A stretch of 64,000 nt of DNA from Eimeria praecox (GCA_963920595.1 OY986946.1:5766001-5830000); one strand, 5' to 3'. Shown: positions 1 to 22,924, counted from the first letter of the stretch. The notes: generated by a model not told the origin, from the letters alone. A program made the numbers and translations.

Positions 1-537
1 CTGCTGCTGCTGCTGCATGCATGGAGAAACATTTGTCTGCTGCTAGAGGAGCTGCTGCATGCAGGGACAGAGACAATCTTGGGGCTTTCTGCTGTTCAGA
101 TGCATGCATTCGTTGATGCCCTCGTACTCGGCGTACTATCTACGTAATATATTGATGCTGCTGTTGCTGCTGCTGTTGCTGCTGCTGCTGTTGCTGCTGT
201 TGTTGCTGCTGCTGTTGCTGTTGGTGCGGGTGCGGGTGATGCTGATGTTGTTGTTGCTGCTGCTGCTGTTCTTGCTGCTGCTGCTGCTGCTTCTGACGGG
301 GGTGGTTCTGTTGCTGCTGCTCTCGCTGCTGCTGTTGCTGCTGCTGCTGCTGGTGGGGTCAGCATAAGTATTTGTTGAGGTGTACGTACAGCTGGATGCA
401 TGCATTTGCTGCTGCAGGGGCCTCGCGTGGGGCCGAGGGAAAGGACAGCGGGGGTTTGCTTGTGCTGTAGTGTCAGATCCTCCTTCTTTGATTTCTGCTC
501 TAAGGCTTATTACTCTCTCCTTCAGTTAGAATCAACA

Positions 538-783
538 TAAACCCTAAACCCTAAACCCTAAACCCTAAACCCTAAACCCTAGGATATGGCTTCGTTAGGG
601 CGTTCAAATGCTGGTGGTTGTGCTGCATGCGAGGATAGTCGAAGACACTCATTCGTTGACGTCTAGAGAACCTAGGGTTTAGGGTTTAGGGTTTAGGGTT
701 TAGGGTTTAGGGTTTAGGGTTTTGTATTTAGAACCAAAGAGATTAAGGTTTAGGGTTTAGCGTTTAGGGTTTAGGGTTTAGGG
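538..783. repeat. Interstitial telomere-like heptamer arrays: (CCCTAAA)n at 538-581 and (TTTAGGG)n at 673-783, in inverted orientation around a ~90 bp unique spacer
   Basis: Repeats read directly from the sequence. AAACCCT/TTTAGGG interstitial repeats are a known feature of Eimeria genomes. Confidence 0.95.
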
Positions 784-804
784 CTCTGCCTTCGTCGCCC
801 AGAG

Positions 805-960
805 GGGGTTTGAGGTGTATGTGTGTTAGGGTTTGAGGTGTATGTGTGTTAGGGTTTGAGGTGTATATGTGTTAGGGTTTGAGGTGTATGTGTGTTAGGG
901 TTTGAGGTGTATGTGTGTTAGGGTTTGAGGTGTATGTTTGTTAGGGTTTGAGGTGTATGT
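805..960. repeat. Minisatellite, 23-bp unit GGGTTTGAGGTGTATGTGTGTTA, about 6.7 copies
   Basis: TGAGG recurs at 811, 834, 857, 880, 903, 926 and 949, a period of 23. Confidence 0.95.
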
Positions 961-973
961 GCTGCTGCTTCAG

Positions 974-1120
974 CTATCTCCTTACCTCCTACTTCTACTC
1001 TTCGAGCCGCTACTTCTTTGCTGCAGCGGCTGCAGTCTGTCTGCTGCTGCGACAGCAGCAGGGGGGGCCCCTGGGGCCCCCCTGTTGCGGGTTTATGGGA
1101 TTGGGTTTTGCTGCAAGGAG

Positions 1121-1157
<37 letters not shown>

Positions 1158-1280
1158 AGGACAGTTGCTGCTGCAGCAGACACATGAACAGCTAGATGCA
1201 GCAGCCCCAGGAGCCCTTCGAGCAGCGTTTGCTAGCCTCAGTCTCGCTATTCGAAATGCTGCATGCTGTATGTATAAACA

Positions 1281-1311
<31 letters not shown>

Positions 1312-1458
1312 GCAGCACGAGCAGTAGCAGCACGAGCAGTAGCAGCAGTAGCAGTAGCAGCAGCAGCAGCAGTAGTTTGTGTGTCTTGTTTTTGTTTTAT
1401 TTTCTATTTCTTTAACGATTTGTTATATGTGTGTGTGTGTGTCTGCATGCACAGCGGA

Positions 1459-1495
<37 letters not shown>

Positions 1496-1645
1496 ATAGA
1501 AGGAGGAGAAGGAACAGCCCGCCGCTTCTTGCTGCATCCTGAGCAGCTGGAGATACACCAAGACACCCGAACAGGCAGCAGCAGATCTGCTGCTGCTGTC
1601 TACAATGCATGCAGCACAAACACAACTCGTATCGTTGCAGCTTCA

Positions 1646-1701
<56 letters not shown>

Positions 1702-2265
1702 GCAGCAGCAGCAGCAGCAAATACTAACGCCCCCCTCGACAGCCAAATCCTTCGCTCAACGTCACGACAAGCTGCTGTCAGGCAGTGCTGCTCCTGCTGC
1801 TGCTCCTGCTGCTGCTGCTGCTGCAGCTGGGCTTCAACCTGCTGTGACACCAGCAGCAGCAGCAGCAGCAGCTCATCCATGGCCCCCTGTCTCCTCTGAG
1901 AGAAGCAGCAGAGACAGCAGAGACAGCAGAGTTGCTGCAGTTGATAGCAGCCGCTCTCTAGAGGTGTTACAAGCGAGATCGAGTCTAGCAGCAGCGCATG
2001 CATTCCTCTCTGCTGTTGGGGCTGAGATGGGGCTGCATGCAGAGCAAACAACAAGACAGACAAATAACAAGAAGGGAGAAATATCTAAACAAACCACAAC
2101 ACCCATCACTGTAAGTAAGACGCCTGTAGACCCCACAACATCTGCTGCAGCAACTGCAGCAGCAGCAGCAGCAGCAGCAGCAACTGCAGCAACTGCAGCA
2201 GCTGCCGCTGCACCCGAGGACATGGCCCCACTACCAGAGCACGGAAAGAGAAAACGGAGAGATGA

Positions 2266-2317
<52 letters not shown>

Positions 2318-2577
2318 GGGGACGCAGAAGGAGACAGCAGGTCAGATGATGAGGTTGTTATTCTAGAGGAAGCAGCTTCTCCCCCACCTTCTCGAATAAA
2401 CAAGCAGACAGCAACAGGTGCTGCTGCTGCTGCTGCTGCAGCAGCTGCTGCTGCTGCTTCTGCTGCACCTCAGGCGGCTGTAGACAGATTAGCAGGTGTA
2501 GCAGCAGCACCAGCAGGTGCGAGGCTCCCCCTCCCTCTACAACAACCCCACCGCCCGTTGTCGGGGGTGGTTCGGGG

Positions 2578-2624
<47 letters not shown>

Positions 2625-3034
2625 AGCAGCAGCAGCAGCTATTAGGGAAGGAGCTCTCTGCAGAGGAGCGCGCGAGAGCGCGCATCCATGAGTTGTTGCA
2701 GTGTAAGTCTAAAAGCCCCAATGCCAGCCCCATTCACTGCATGCATGCATGCATGCATGCACTTGTGTGTGTTTCTGAATCTATTGATATTTGCCGTATA
2801 CAAAACATTTGTTTATTAGAAGAAGATATATAGATAAATCTCCTTATGCATGTAGACGTAAAGAGGAAGGATGAGATCTGAGGTGTATGCCTTCAGGTGT
2901 ATGTTCACCTGGCTTTGAAGTGTAGTGCATGAGGTGGAAATTACGAGGTGTATATATATATATATATATATCTATATATATATATATAATATATATATAT
3001 TAGGGTGTGTACTATGGGGTGTATATTAGGAGGG

Positions 3035-3101
<67 letters not shown>

Positions 3102-3146
3102 TCATATGTAGGTATATGACGAGGTGTATCTATCTATATCAATTAC

Positions 3147-3206
<60 letters not shown>

Positions 3207-3302
3207 AACAAAGATGTGTATATTCGGAGTTGTGTTTGTTTGCTTGCAGCTGACTCTGAACTCTCAGATGAATCGCCCTGCTGTCTCAGAGTCCCCCAGT
3301 AA
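974..3302 (+). CDS. Hypothetical low-complexity (poly-Ala/Gln/Ser) protein, multi-exon; 5' exon(s) unresolved
   Basis: Phase-consistent GT-AG exons 974-1267 (AISLPPTSTLRAATSLLQRLQ...AIRNAAC), 1455-2702 (long ORF with NLS-like GKRKRR and SRSDDEVVILEE) and 3250-3302 (SDSELSDESPCCLRVPQ*). Possible start ATG near 587. No recognisable domain. Confidence 0.6.
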
Positions 3303-3319
3303 AAGACAAACAAGATCAC

Positions 3320-3480
3320 ATGCATGCATGCATGCATGCATGCATGCATGCAGATACAGCCGACTGGTTTGTGTGCATGCATGCAACTGCATGCAGCAAC
3401 AGGCCAGCTAAACTGCATGCATGCATGCAACTGCATGCATGCATGCAGTTTCATGCATGCATGCAGTTGCATGCATGCAG
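3320..3480. repeat. (TGCA)n / TGCATGCA palindrome cluster, including an ~18-bp higher-order unit; similar runs near 2738, 3886, 4630, 27192, 34286, 42416 and 45823
   Basis: Read directly from the sequence. TGCATGCA is a known over-represented apicomplexan octamer and an ApiAP2-binding motif. Confidence 0.9.
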
Positions 3481-4273
3481 CAATGTTTCTTCGGATATCC
3501 CTCGAGTGTAATTGCAGGTGTATGTACACCTGAATATTTGTTGCTCTAAATGAATGGATGTAGGGAGAGAAGTAGAGCTAACAGACAGAGGGAGATATGT
3601 CTTGCTGCTGTCTCCTCATCCTCTGTCTGTCTCTACGTCTTCTCTTCTGTGCGGTGTACGTACACCAAACAGCAGCAGACTGTAGCTGCTGCTGCTGCTG
3701 CTGTTGCTGCTGCTGTTTACTGCTGAGGGCTCTTGCTGCTGCTCTGCTGCAGCAGCACAAAATAACTCTCTCTGTCTCTGTCTCTGTCTATTCACTGTAT
3801 ATTATGCCTGGCTGTAAGGCTCAGCAGATGTATGAAGCTTAAGCTGCATGCAGGGGCTGCATGCAGCGATTGCATGCTGGGGCTGCATGCATGCATGCAT
3901 GCATGCATGCATGCAGTTCTTTCACCACTTAATTTTAAGTTTTATTTATTTCTTGTTTTCTTGTTTTCGTGTTTTTCTTTGGCCTCGTAGTCAGATAACT
4001 CCTAAAGCCTCCCACTTATTCTTTTTTTATTTGTTTCTTCTTTCTTTCTTTCTTTCTTTCTCTCTTTCTCTCTTTCTCTATTCTCTCCTTCTTTTTCTGT
4101 CTCCTTAATATTCTCTCTAATTCGGTTGAGCCTGCACAGAGCCATTGCTCAACCGCTGCGAGCTGCAGACAGCAACAAACAGCCTCATCTCTCAAAACCC
4201 TAAACCCTAAACCCTAAGTTTCGCTCAATACAACTAAAACAACAGAAAGCAACACTTTAATTATTCAGAAGAG

Positions 4274-4347
<74 letters not shown>

Positions 4348-4517
4348 CTAGCCCCTGCATTCTCTATCCCCCGAAACACTTCAAATCTTAGAAGAAGAGG
4401 AAAGAAGGAAAGAAAGACAGAAAAAAGAAAGAAAACTTTATATCACTTATCAACAAAATAAAGATGAGTTTGTTGCTGTGTCTGTGGTGTACGTGCTGCT
4501 GCGTCGTCGCTGTATCT

Positions 4518-4672
4518 TCAGCCTGCTTGACTACGAAAGACTCTGCCTATCAGAGGCCGCTCTTCGTCCGCGTCTTCCGACCTAAGGACATACAAACAAA
4601 AAAAAACAAGAACATGCTGCTGTATTCACATGCATGCATGCATGCATGTGCATGCAGCTCTCTCTCTCTCTC

Positions 4673-4733
<61 letters not shown>

Positions 4734-5135
4734 CTAGAGAACTGCAGCCCCACACGTTTCAGCAGCAGTTAAGTTAAGAGATTCAAATAACAGGCAGGTG
4801 ATGCCCCCCACCCTCAACTAGACAAACATGAACCCTAGAAGGATACATAGCCGCGAAAGCTGCTGCGATTCATCAACTTCATTCCAAGCTTACGGGGTTT
4901 ATGGTTTAGGGTTTAGGGTTTAGGGTTTAGGGTTTGCTTGAATAGAGGGACTCACGTAGACACTGAAGAACTCGCCTTGTGCCCGTAAACATTTTGATGG
5001 TCCCTGAAAAGAAGAAGAAGAAAAATTTCGTTTTTTATTTTTTTAAACCCCCAGCCACTCAGAATGTTTATTTATAAACCCTTAAAAACCAATATCTATA
5101 TATATCTATATCTATATCTATATCTATCTATCTGC

Positions 5136-5170
<35 letters not shown>

Positions 5171-5171
5171 C

Positions 5172-5225
<54 letters not shown>

Positions 5226-5658
5226 GCAAATATCTTACTTACCGTTGTGCTGCACATGCGCCAAGTGTGAGCATGAAAATTCCGAAAAGAATAATCAAAG
5301 CTCCACATACACCTAAGACGATCCAGAGAGCATTTAAATGCCCTATCTTATCTGCGATTGTCCCCGTATCTTCTAAAGCGCCGCTCTGTGTCGCATGCAT
5401 GCATGTAGGAGTAGGATATATGATGAATATATATACAATGAATAAAGCAAGGAAATTAGATAGAGGTAGTTGCAGGCAGCAACAGCCACCGACCACAATA
5501 TAATTTAAATTAGACTGAAGAAGATAGATTCAATATTAAAAAAGTAAATGCATATTAAGAACCTGCAGATCGTTATAAATATACTACTATGGCTGGACTT
5601 GATTGTGTTTAGATTCATAACTTACATCAGAAGGGGCGGCAGCTGACATTGACGGCAT
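4518..5658 (-). CDS. Small membrane protein (1-2 TM helices) with an acidic cytoplasmic tail, 4 exons
   Basis: AAATG start at 5658. Exons are 5658-5626 ([11 protein letters not shown], gtaagt donor), 5514 or 5385 to 5243 (...[32 protein letters not shown], gtaagt donor), 5003-4956 (gtgagt donor) and 4581-4518 ([20 protein letters not shown]). All junctions are phase-consistent. Confidence 0.7.
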
Positions 5659-6864
5659 TTCGTTGCATCCCAAAAGAAACTTAAAATGCGTTATTATCTG
5701 AAATGTTTAAAAAAGTAAAAAGACGAAGATAAAAATTGTTGTATCCGTCCTCACTGCCACCGAGCGGACCGATCGACACATTCCCCTTAGGGGAAATTGT
5801 GCATTATTTCTTGATTTTTTCAAGTTATTCAGGTTTTAATGAAATAAAAAAGGTGAAAAGAAGTCAAAAAAGAAGCAAATCACCGCTAAGATAGCTTCAA
5901 AGCAGAGGATCGCCGATGACCACCATTGGCATTCGCATTCTCGCGTTGGGGGTATTTGAGACTATAAAGCCCCCGCATGCAAGTCCTTTTAAGTATTTAA
6001 TACTTCATAACATTAATATTTAATTAATATTAATGTTCTTTTTTAATAAAAGTAAAAAAAGAAACAAAGATTCAAATGTGGTGACGCGGATCGCAGACGC
6101 TGGTCACAGCGGGTGTTGCGATCGTGACAGTTCAAGGCACAGGCGGCGGCGGCCGAAGTCGAATCATCGGGAAAAAAGAAAACAATTATGTTATTTTAAT
6201 AAATATACAAATATTAGTTATAATTAAATAACAAATAGCTGAAAATTACCGAGGAAATCGATGCTCCAACCCAGGCTATTTCCTGTTAGGTTGCCATCGA
6301 TATTTGCACAGAAAAGTAATGTGATGAGGTGTATTAAGAGGTTTATTTAGTGTTATTAACCGACATTTCTTTTTTAATTTTGTTTGGAAATAATATTATT
6401 TCGTGTGTTTTAAATTTTTCTCTACGACTCCCTCTCTCGTATCAGAGCGGCATATAGTAACACCTGCACCAGCGAAATGTAGGAAGTTGTGAGGAATTGA
6501 ATTTGACGCTCCTAGCAAACAAATTTGATTTATTTGTTTAATTAGAAAATAAAACACAAATTATTTGTTTTTCATGGTTTATATTCCCGGTAGAAGGTCG
6601 TTTCCTCCCCCCTTCCCCCCTGCTGTATACAGCTACGTTCAAACCTCTTGTTCTTCTTGCGTTATGTCGTACAGCTTGGAGTAGACGATGACTGAGATTG
6701 TTTACAGAAAGAAAAATATGGAAAGAAATATTTGATTATATTTCTCTCATTTATTTAACACCTAAAGAGCAGAATCTACCTCGATGTTTTAATCGTGCAT
6801 ATATATCTATATCGATATTTATATCTATATATCCATATACATGTATCTATCTCTCTGTGTATAA

Positions 6865-6931
<67 letters not shown>

Positions 6932-7896
6932 TATACAGAGAGAGAGAGAGAGAGAAACTGCGCCTCGCTAGAGTTGTTCAAGCTCTACATAGTTTAATTA
7001 TTTTATTAAAACAATCATAATCAACAACTCTCTCTATTCAGCTTCAAATACCTCTAAGCCGCAGATTTCTCTCTAAGTTAGCACTTGGTTGTTTCTCTTC
7101 TCAAGCACAAACTTACGCCGCTCCAACATTCTTTTTTGCTCTTTCCACGATAAATATTTATTTTTCTACTTCATAGGAAGTATAACTCAGGTGTACAGAC
7201 AGCACTAAACGATTGACTGAATATCAAGTGCCTGAGGCGAAATACTGAAATTTTAAGTTATTTACTTTTTAAACAAACAAAACAACAAACGCAATAAGAA
7301 AAAAAGTAGAAAACAAACAAATTAATAATGGAGGCAGGCAGAGATGTTCCTGTGAAGAAGAGTAGAAGTTCAGTATACACCTGAAAAGCCAGCAATCATT
7401 TTTAACATTCTAAACATTTGTTATAAACAAATATATTACTTCATGAGACACATAAGGGCCCTCTAGGGCTCCTTAGATACGGAAGAGAAAAGAAGAAAGA
7501 AACCGCAGACACAAACAAAGATGTTTCTGTTTCGTTTAAATGCTCCACGTGGCAGCATAAGTAGACAGCAAAACAAACAGCCCCGCATGCAGCTTCTCTA
7601 TTCTTTTTGGTGAATGATGAGCTGTTATATGCCCTCAAAGTATTGTAATATACACATTTCTTACGACATATACGTAAGAAAACATACAAACAAATACAGG
7701 TAGAAAAATAAAATATAGAGTATAAATATTAATGCATGATTTGCACTGTATGTACAGCTGAAATAGGTTTAAACGCCTCTAAATGAGCTCATTTATTTCC
7801 CTTCTTTCTCTGTAAAACACACACTGTAAAACAGTACAGATGTATTCTAATAGAAGTAATGCAGACAAAGCTTAGGTGAGGTTGCATGCGCATGCG

Positions 7897-7978
<82 letters not shown>

Positions 7979-8996
7979 TAGCAGATTCCCGCTTCTAACA
8001 AATTCAAATAGAGACAAAAAAAAGAAAAAATAATTCAAATTCCATCAAACAGCGACCAGCATAAACAGCAAAGGAAGGAAACACCGGAGAGAAGAGTAGA
8101 GAGGAGGTATAAGAATCAAGACAAGCGTCATGTTCCCGGATTAAAATGTTTTTAGAAAAGAAAAAATAATATATTAAAAATAAAACAGCAGCAAATACAG
8201 AGAAAAGTAGAGCGGAAAAGGAGGAAGGAGGGGCTTTTGATTGACACCATACTGTACAACGACGGCAGCAACGAGCGAGCAGTAAATGCTCTAAATCACC
8301 ATTAAAAGAAGAGAAAACAATGAATTAGCACATTTATTTATACTACTTATTGAATTCGATGAAGAAGAAAACAGTAAAAAACAATATTTCTGTCATGAGA
8401 TCATGACTTGCACGGCGGAAGCGTGCTAGTCCAGTGGCTCCGCGTCTGTAGCGTAGTAGTCTGTAGCATCAGCTGTAAGAGTTTAAGGCAGGGAGAATAT
8501 TGTAAGGAAATATATCAAATTAAAAATAAATATATTTAAAAATTTGATGAAAAAGTTTGTTTGGTTGTAGTAACAGGTTTCAGGTGTATGCGGAGGTCGG
8601 TTGGTGGTACCGTGATCATGGAAACATCTCATCATTTCTGTTTTCTGTAGTGTTTGTCGTCTGATGGGGTTGATGTTTCTCTCCTTTATTCTTTGTTCTT
8701 TTGATATTTTTACATAATAAATTCATATTTATTTTAAATTAATGGTATATTTGAAGCAAAATCGACTTTTTTCATGTTTCTCAACATTGTCATGACCTCC
8801 AGCTCTCCCTCAACGGAGGAATCTGCAAGTTGGTTTTCCTTAACGCCAGCAAAACCATCTACATTAATTCTTGAAAAATAATGTTTACAGTTTTATATTT
8901 ATTCTTTATACCTTATTTGTCTACCGGTTACCGTGCAAACACTCCATTAAATTCGACATTCCCCCCCCTCTGACCCTTTACCTCTGCCTTCACGCC

Positions 8997-18145
<9,149 letters not shown>

Positions 18146-18519
18146 GCTTTGTTTTTATTTTGATGAAGAGCATAAGAAAGAAAAGATATATAATATCGCA
18201 TTCATCTTATTAAACGATATTTATATTTTTATTTATGTTTATATTTTTATATATATTTAATTTTAATATATTTTATCTATCAAATTCTATTTGTATATTT
18301 GTTCTTGTCTTCCTCTCTTTCTTTTTTTTATTTTGTTTGTTTGTTTGTTTTATTTGATTACTGAAAAAAATTAAATATTTTGATTTGTTGTTTGTTTTTT
18401 CTTATTCTTTTCTTCTTCTCATGGTGTTTTTAGGTTAGTATTTATTTGTTTGTTTGCTTGTTTATATTTTTATTTATTTATTTATTTATTTAATTTATTT
18501 ATTTATTTATTTATTTATT

Positions 18520-18550
<31 letters not shown>

Positions 18551-18696
18551 TTTTATTTATTTATTTATTTATTTATTTATTTGTCTTTGTTATTTTATTT
18601 GTTTGTTTGTTTGATGAGTGACATATTTGCATTTTTTATATTTTATTTTTTCTGTTTATTTATATATTAAAACAAAAAATAATTATAAAAAAATAA

Positions 18697-18757
<61 letters not shown>

Positions 18758-19007
18758 TATAATAAATATTGTTGCTGCTACAAACAGAAGATAGAAACTT
18801 CTTCTGTCTCTGATATTTAAAACATGAAATTAATAATTAATTTGAAAACAAAAAAGAAAAAAACAAATAAATAAGGGGGGGGGGGGAGAGGGGGCTCTTC
18901 AGGTGTATGTACACCTCAATATATACAGCAGCAACAATTAGACTATCATATAAACAAACTAAAGCATCTCAAGTAGATGCAGAGAGAGCAGGCTGCTGTG
19001 GAAATAT

Positions 19008-19064
19008 TAGGGTTTAGGGTTTAGGGTTTAGGGTTTAGGGTTTGGGGTTTAGGGTTTAGGGTTT
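19008..19064. repeat. Telomere-like (TTTAGGG)n array; further short arrays at 4195-4216, 4895-4935, 26110-26161 and 26795-26823
   Basis: Read directly from the sequence. Confidence 0.95.
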
Positions 19065-19187
19065 GAAGATAGTAGTTAGGGCTTCTCACTATAAGGAGCA
19101 ATGCGTATGAAGAAGATCTTCGCCTTCTTCTTAAACTTTTCTGATAAGAGAAAAAATAAAACAAACTAAACAAACTAAACAGAGCCG

Positions 19188-19269
<82 letters not shown>

Positions 19270-20155
19270 TGAAGGGTTTACTGTAATATTATCTTCGTAG
19301 ATATTTAGATAATATTATTACAAATTAAAATATTTTAATTATTAAATATATTTATTTGTTTTAAAAACCAAGAAAAACCAAAAACAAACACAAAATGTTT
19401 TCTGTCTGGTGTCTACTATGAACTGGGCTGTCGAAGGTTGAAGCTAAATATAAAATATATTTATGCATGTATATATTTATATTATTAAAATATGTATTTA
19501 AATATATGTATTTAAATATATAATTAATTATTTTAAAGAGAAAAGTAGTAGAAGAAAATCGGTCCTTACTACTTCACGCGGTGTATCTGCAGCTTGCGGT
19601 GTATCGATGATGTATGTGAGTGTTTAGAAAACATTTTCTTTAATTTTTTATTTTTATTTTTATTTTTATCTTTATTTTTTATTTTTATTTAATTAATTTG
19701 TTTTATTTCTTGTTTTAAATATATAAACAAGCAAATAGAACAGGCGGTTACCTCCAGCATCCCCTGCGATGTAATTACATGAAGCCTCAGAAATCATAGT
19801 ATTTAAATATTAATTTTTATTTGGAAATAAATTTAATTAATTATTTTTTATATTAAAATTAAAATATTTCTGAGGTGTATGTACACCGCAGCTGATATTG
19901 ATCTAGCTAGTTGTTTGCAGAACCTGTTGCTTTTCTCTCTATCTTTCTGCTGCTGTAGTTTGTTTCTATCAAATATATTTTATTAATTCGCTGCTTATTT
20001 GAATTAGAAAAAATAAATAAAAACAAATAAATAAAAGAAAGAGAGAAGCAAAGAGCATATCGTAGTCTGCGACAAACACACAAGCTGTACATACACCTGA
20101 AAAAAAGAAAAAAAAAAGAACACTCAAGCTGCACATACACCTGAAAAGAAGAAGG

Positions 20156-20172
20156 ATGATACGTCTACTCCT

Positions 20173-20212
<40 letters not shown>

Positions 20213-20549
20213 GCTGCTGCTGCTGCTGCTGTTGCTCCTGTAGATCTAGCAGCAACAGCAATGAATCTAAGAGCATCAGCAGACTCGTCTCCATCCTCTA
20301 ACATTGTTGATAGTTTAAAAGAAAAGAATATAATTTCAGGTGTACGTACACCTCAACGTCTTAGCGCAAAATTTATAAAAGAGCCCCTGCTACCTTATCA
20401 AAAACCCTCTTCTACTTATTTAATTTTAGATACAAATAATAAAAATATTAAGAAAGAAACAGATGAAGATAAAGCAAGAAAGATAACAGAAGCAGAAACA
20501 GATATATCTTCTACAGAAGAAAAAAATGCTGCTGCTGCTGCTGCTGCTG

Positions 20550-20589
<40 letters not shown>

Positions 20590-20696
20590 AACGTTCGACA
20601 AACCAATCATTTCAGCAGCACCAGAAGCAGCAGCAGCAACAACAGAAGCGACAGCAGCAGCAGCAGAAACAACAAAAGAAACAACAACAACAACAA

Positions 20697-20728
<32 letters not shown>

Positions 20729-21295
20729 ACAGCAGCAGCAGCAACAGCAGCAGCAGCCGTTAGACCCGACGTAACAACCGCAATAGCAGCAGCAACAGCA
20801 GCAACAGCAGCAGCAGCAGCAACAGCAACAAAGCCGTATTTATTAGATTATATTGTATTACAGAGAGAGGAAGATGAAAGGATAGATCTAATCGAAGAGA
20901 AGATAAATAAATTATTATTAAAAGATATATTGCCTGAGCATAAACAACTAGAAATCATAGAAACAATAAATAAAGAACTAGAGAAAACAAAAAATACATT
21001 AAATTTAATTAAAGCTGCCTATACACCTGAAGCAAAGCCACGTATACGGCGCGTGTATAATAGAATATCTACTCTTAATAAGAAAAAACAGCAAATAAAA
21101 ACAAAATTAATACAAACTTTACAACATATACGTGCGTTTAATAACTTTTTATATAAACAATTAAGTGTATATACACCTAAAAAACAAGAAAATATAAATA
21201 AAAATAATAAAAATAAAAATAAAATCGAAAAAACATTAAAAATACTCGAAGAAAAAGAAAAAGGTATACTCAGGTGTATACGCAGCTTAGAATGA
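20156..21295 (+). CDS. Hypothetical 379-aa single-exon protein with a poly-Ala/Thr N-terminal half and a Lys/Glu/Ile-rich, probably coiled-coil C-terminal half
   Basis: Long ATG-initiated ORF with non-repetitive, protein-like segments (KPYLLDYIVLQREEDERIDLIEEKINKLLLKDILPEHKQLEII...) flanked by AT-rich non-coding DNA. Confidence 0.65.
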
Positions 21296-21446
21296 AATAT
21301 ACAGATTGAATTGTAATTATTATCTATTTATCTATTTATTTATATATTTATTTATGTTTATTTATTTATTTATTTATTTATTTATTTTCTTATTTCTTTT
21401 CTCTTATTCTTTTCTTATACTACATTTATTTTCAAAGAAAATAGAA

Positions 21447-21505
<59 letters not shown>

Positions 21506-21880
21506 ATAACAAAGCCATAACAATAAGTACAATACTAAGAAGACAGAAAAACAATAATAATAAATTGATAATAAATAATAAACAAATAACAAATAATAAA
21601 ATAATAATAGATAATAAAATAAAAATAAAAAAAAGCAATAGGATGTTGTATTCTTATAAATATAAAATTAAAACAAAACAACGCAACATCAACAAAACAC
21701 AAAAACAGAAAAATATAAAAAATAAAATTAATTATATTTATTTATATCTAACAACAAACAAAACTAAAAAAATATTTTTTTTTGTAAATATATTTATAAA
21801 TTTTCTTTTTATTATTTTTATGCTTTATTCTTTCCTATGCATCCATAATTCTACAGTTCTTCGGTACAGCCGTCTATATA

Positions 21881-21960
<80 letters not shown>

Positions 21961-22179
21961 GAGATACAGGCATGTAGATAGATATTTAGATATAGATGCA
22001 GATATAGGTATAGGTACAGATATAGATATAGATATAGATATAGATATAGATATAGATATAGATATAGATATAGATATAGATATAGATATAGATATAGATA
22101 TAGATATAGATATAGATATAGATACATGTGCCCATCTATCTATCTGCCTACCTATCTATCTATCCACATGGCTATGTAT

Positions 22180-22228
<49 letters not shown>

Positions 22229-22656
22229 TACATACATAGGTATATAGATATAGATAATATAGATATTAATATACAGATATAAATATAGAAACAAATATAA
22301 ATATCAATACAGATATAGATAGACAGACAGATAAAAATAAATATACATATATATATATATATATACAGAAAGAGAGAGATACCGATGTAGATAGATATAG
22401 ATATGCTTACCCTCGCCTTCTCTCTTTATATAAATGAAAAGAGACAAGGAGAGAGACAGAGAGATAGAGAGCAGCCTGTATATATATATATAGAGATCTA
22501 TACATCTTAATATCTATCTCTATATGTATCTATATATCTATATCTATATATCTATATATCTATGTCTATACCTATATCTGGATATCTATATGCCTATATA
22601 TTTATATATCTATATGTCTGTATAGATATATATCTGCATCTATCTATCTATCTAAA

Positions 22657-22730
<74 letters not shown>

Positions 22731-22873
22731 TATATACATATGTGCACGAGCTTATGTTTGCTTTGTTTGTTTTCTTTTTGTTTGCTTGTTTGTTTGTCTA
22801 CTCTTTTGTTTGTTTATTTTTATCTATTTGCTGTCTTTTCCTCTCCTGCCTGCCAAATAATTAATTAATCAAT

Positions 22874-22924
<51 letters not shown>

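Noticed and set aside
59..405. Overlapping poly-Leu/Ala/Ser ORFs at the window start
   Set aside because: They arise from CAG/CTG repeats, and I could not build a consistent exon model. This may be part of a gene extending outside the window.
805..960. Regular 23-bp repeats resembling a CRISPR array
   Set aside because: The units are contiguous with no unique spacers, there are no cas genes, and the context is eukaryotic.
8408..8475. GCGGAAGCGTGCT resembling the initiator tRNA-Met D-arm
   Set aside because: No anticodon arm, T-loop or acceptor stem follows.
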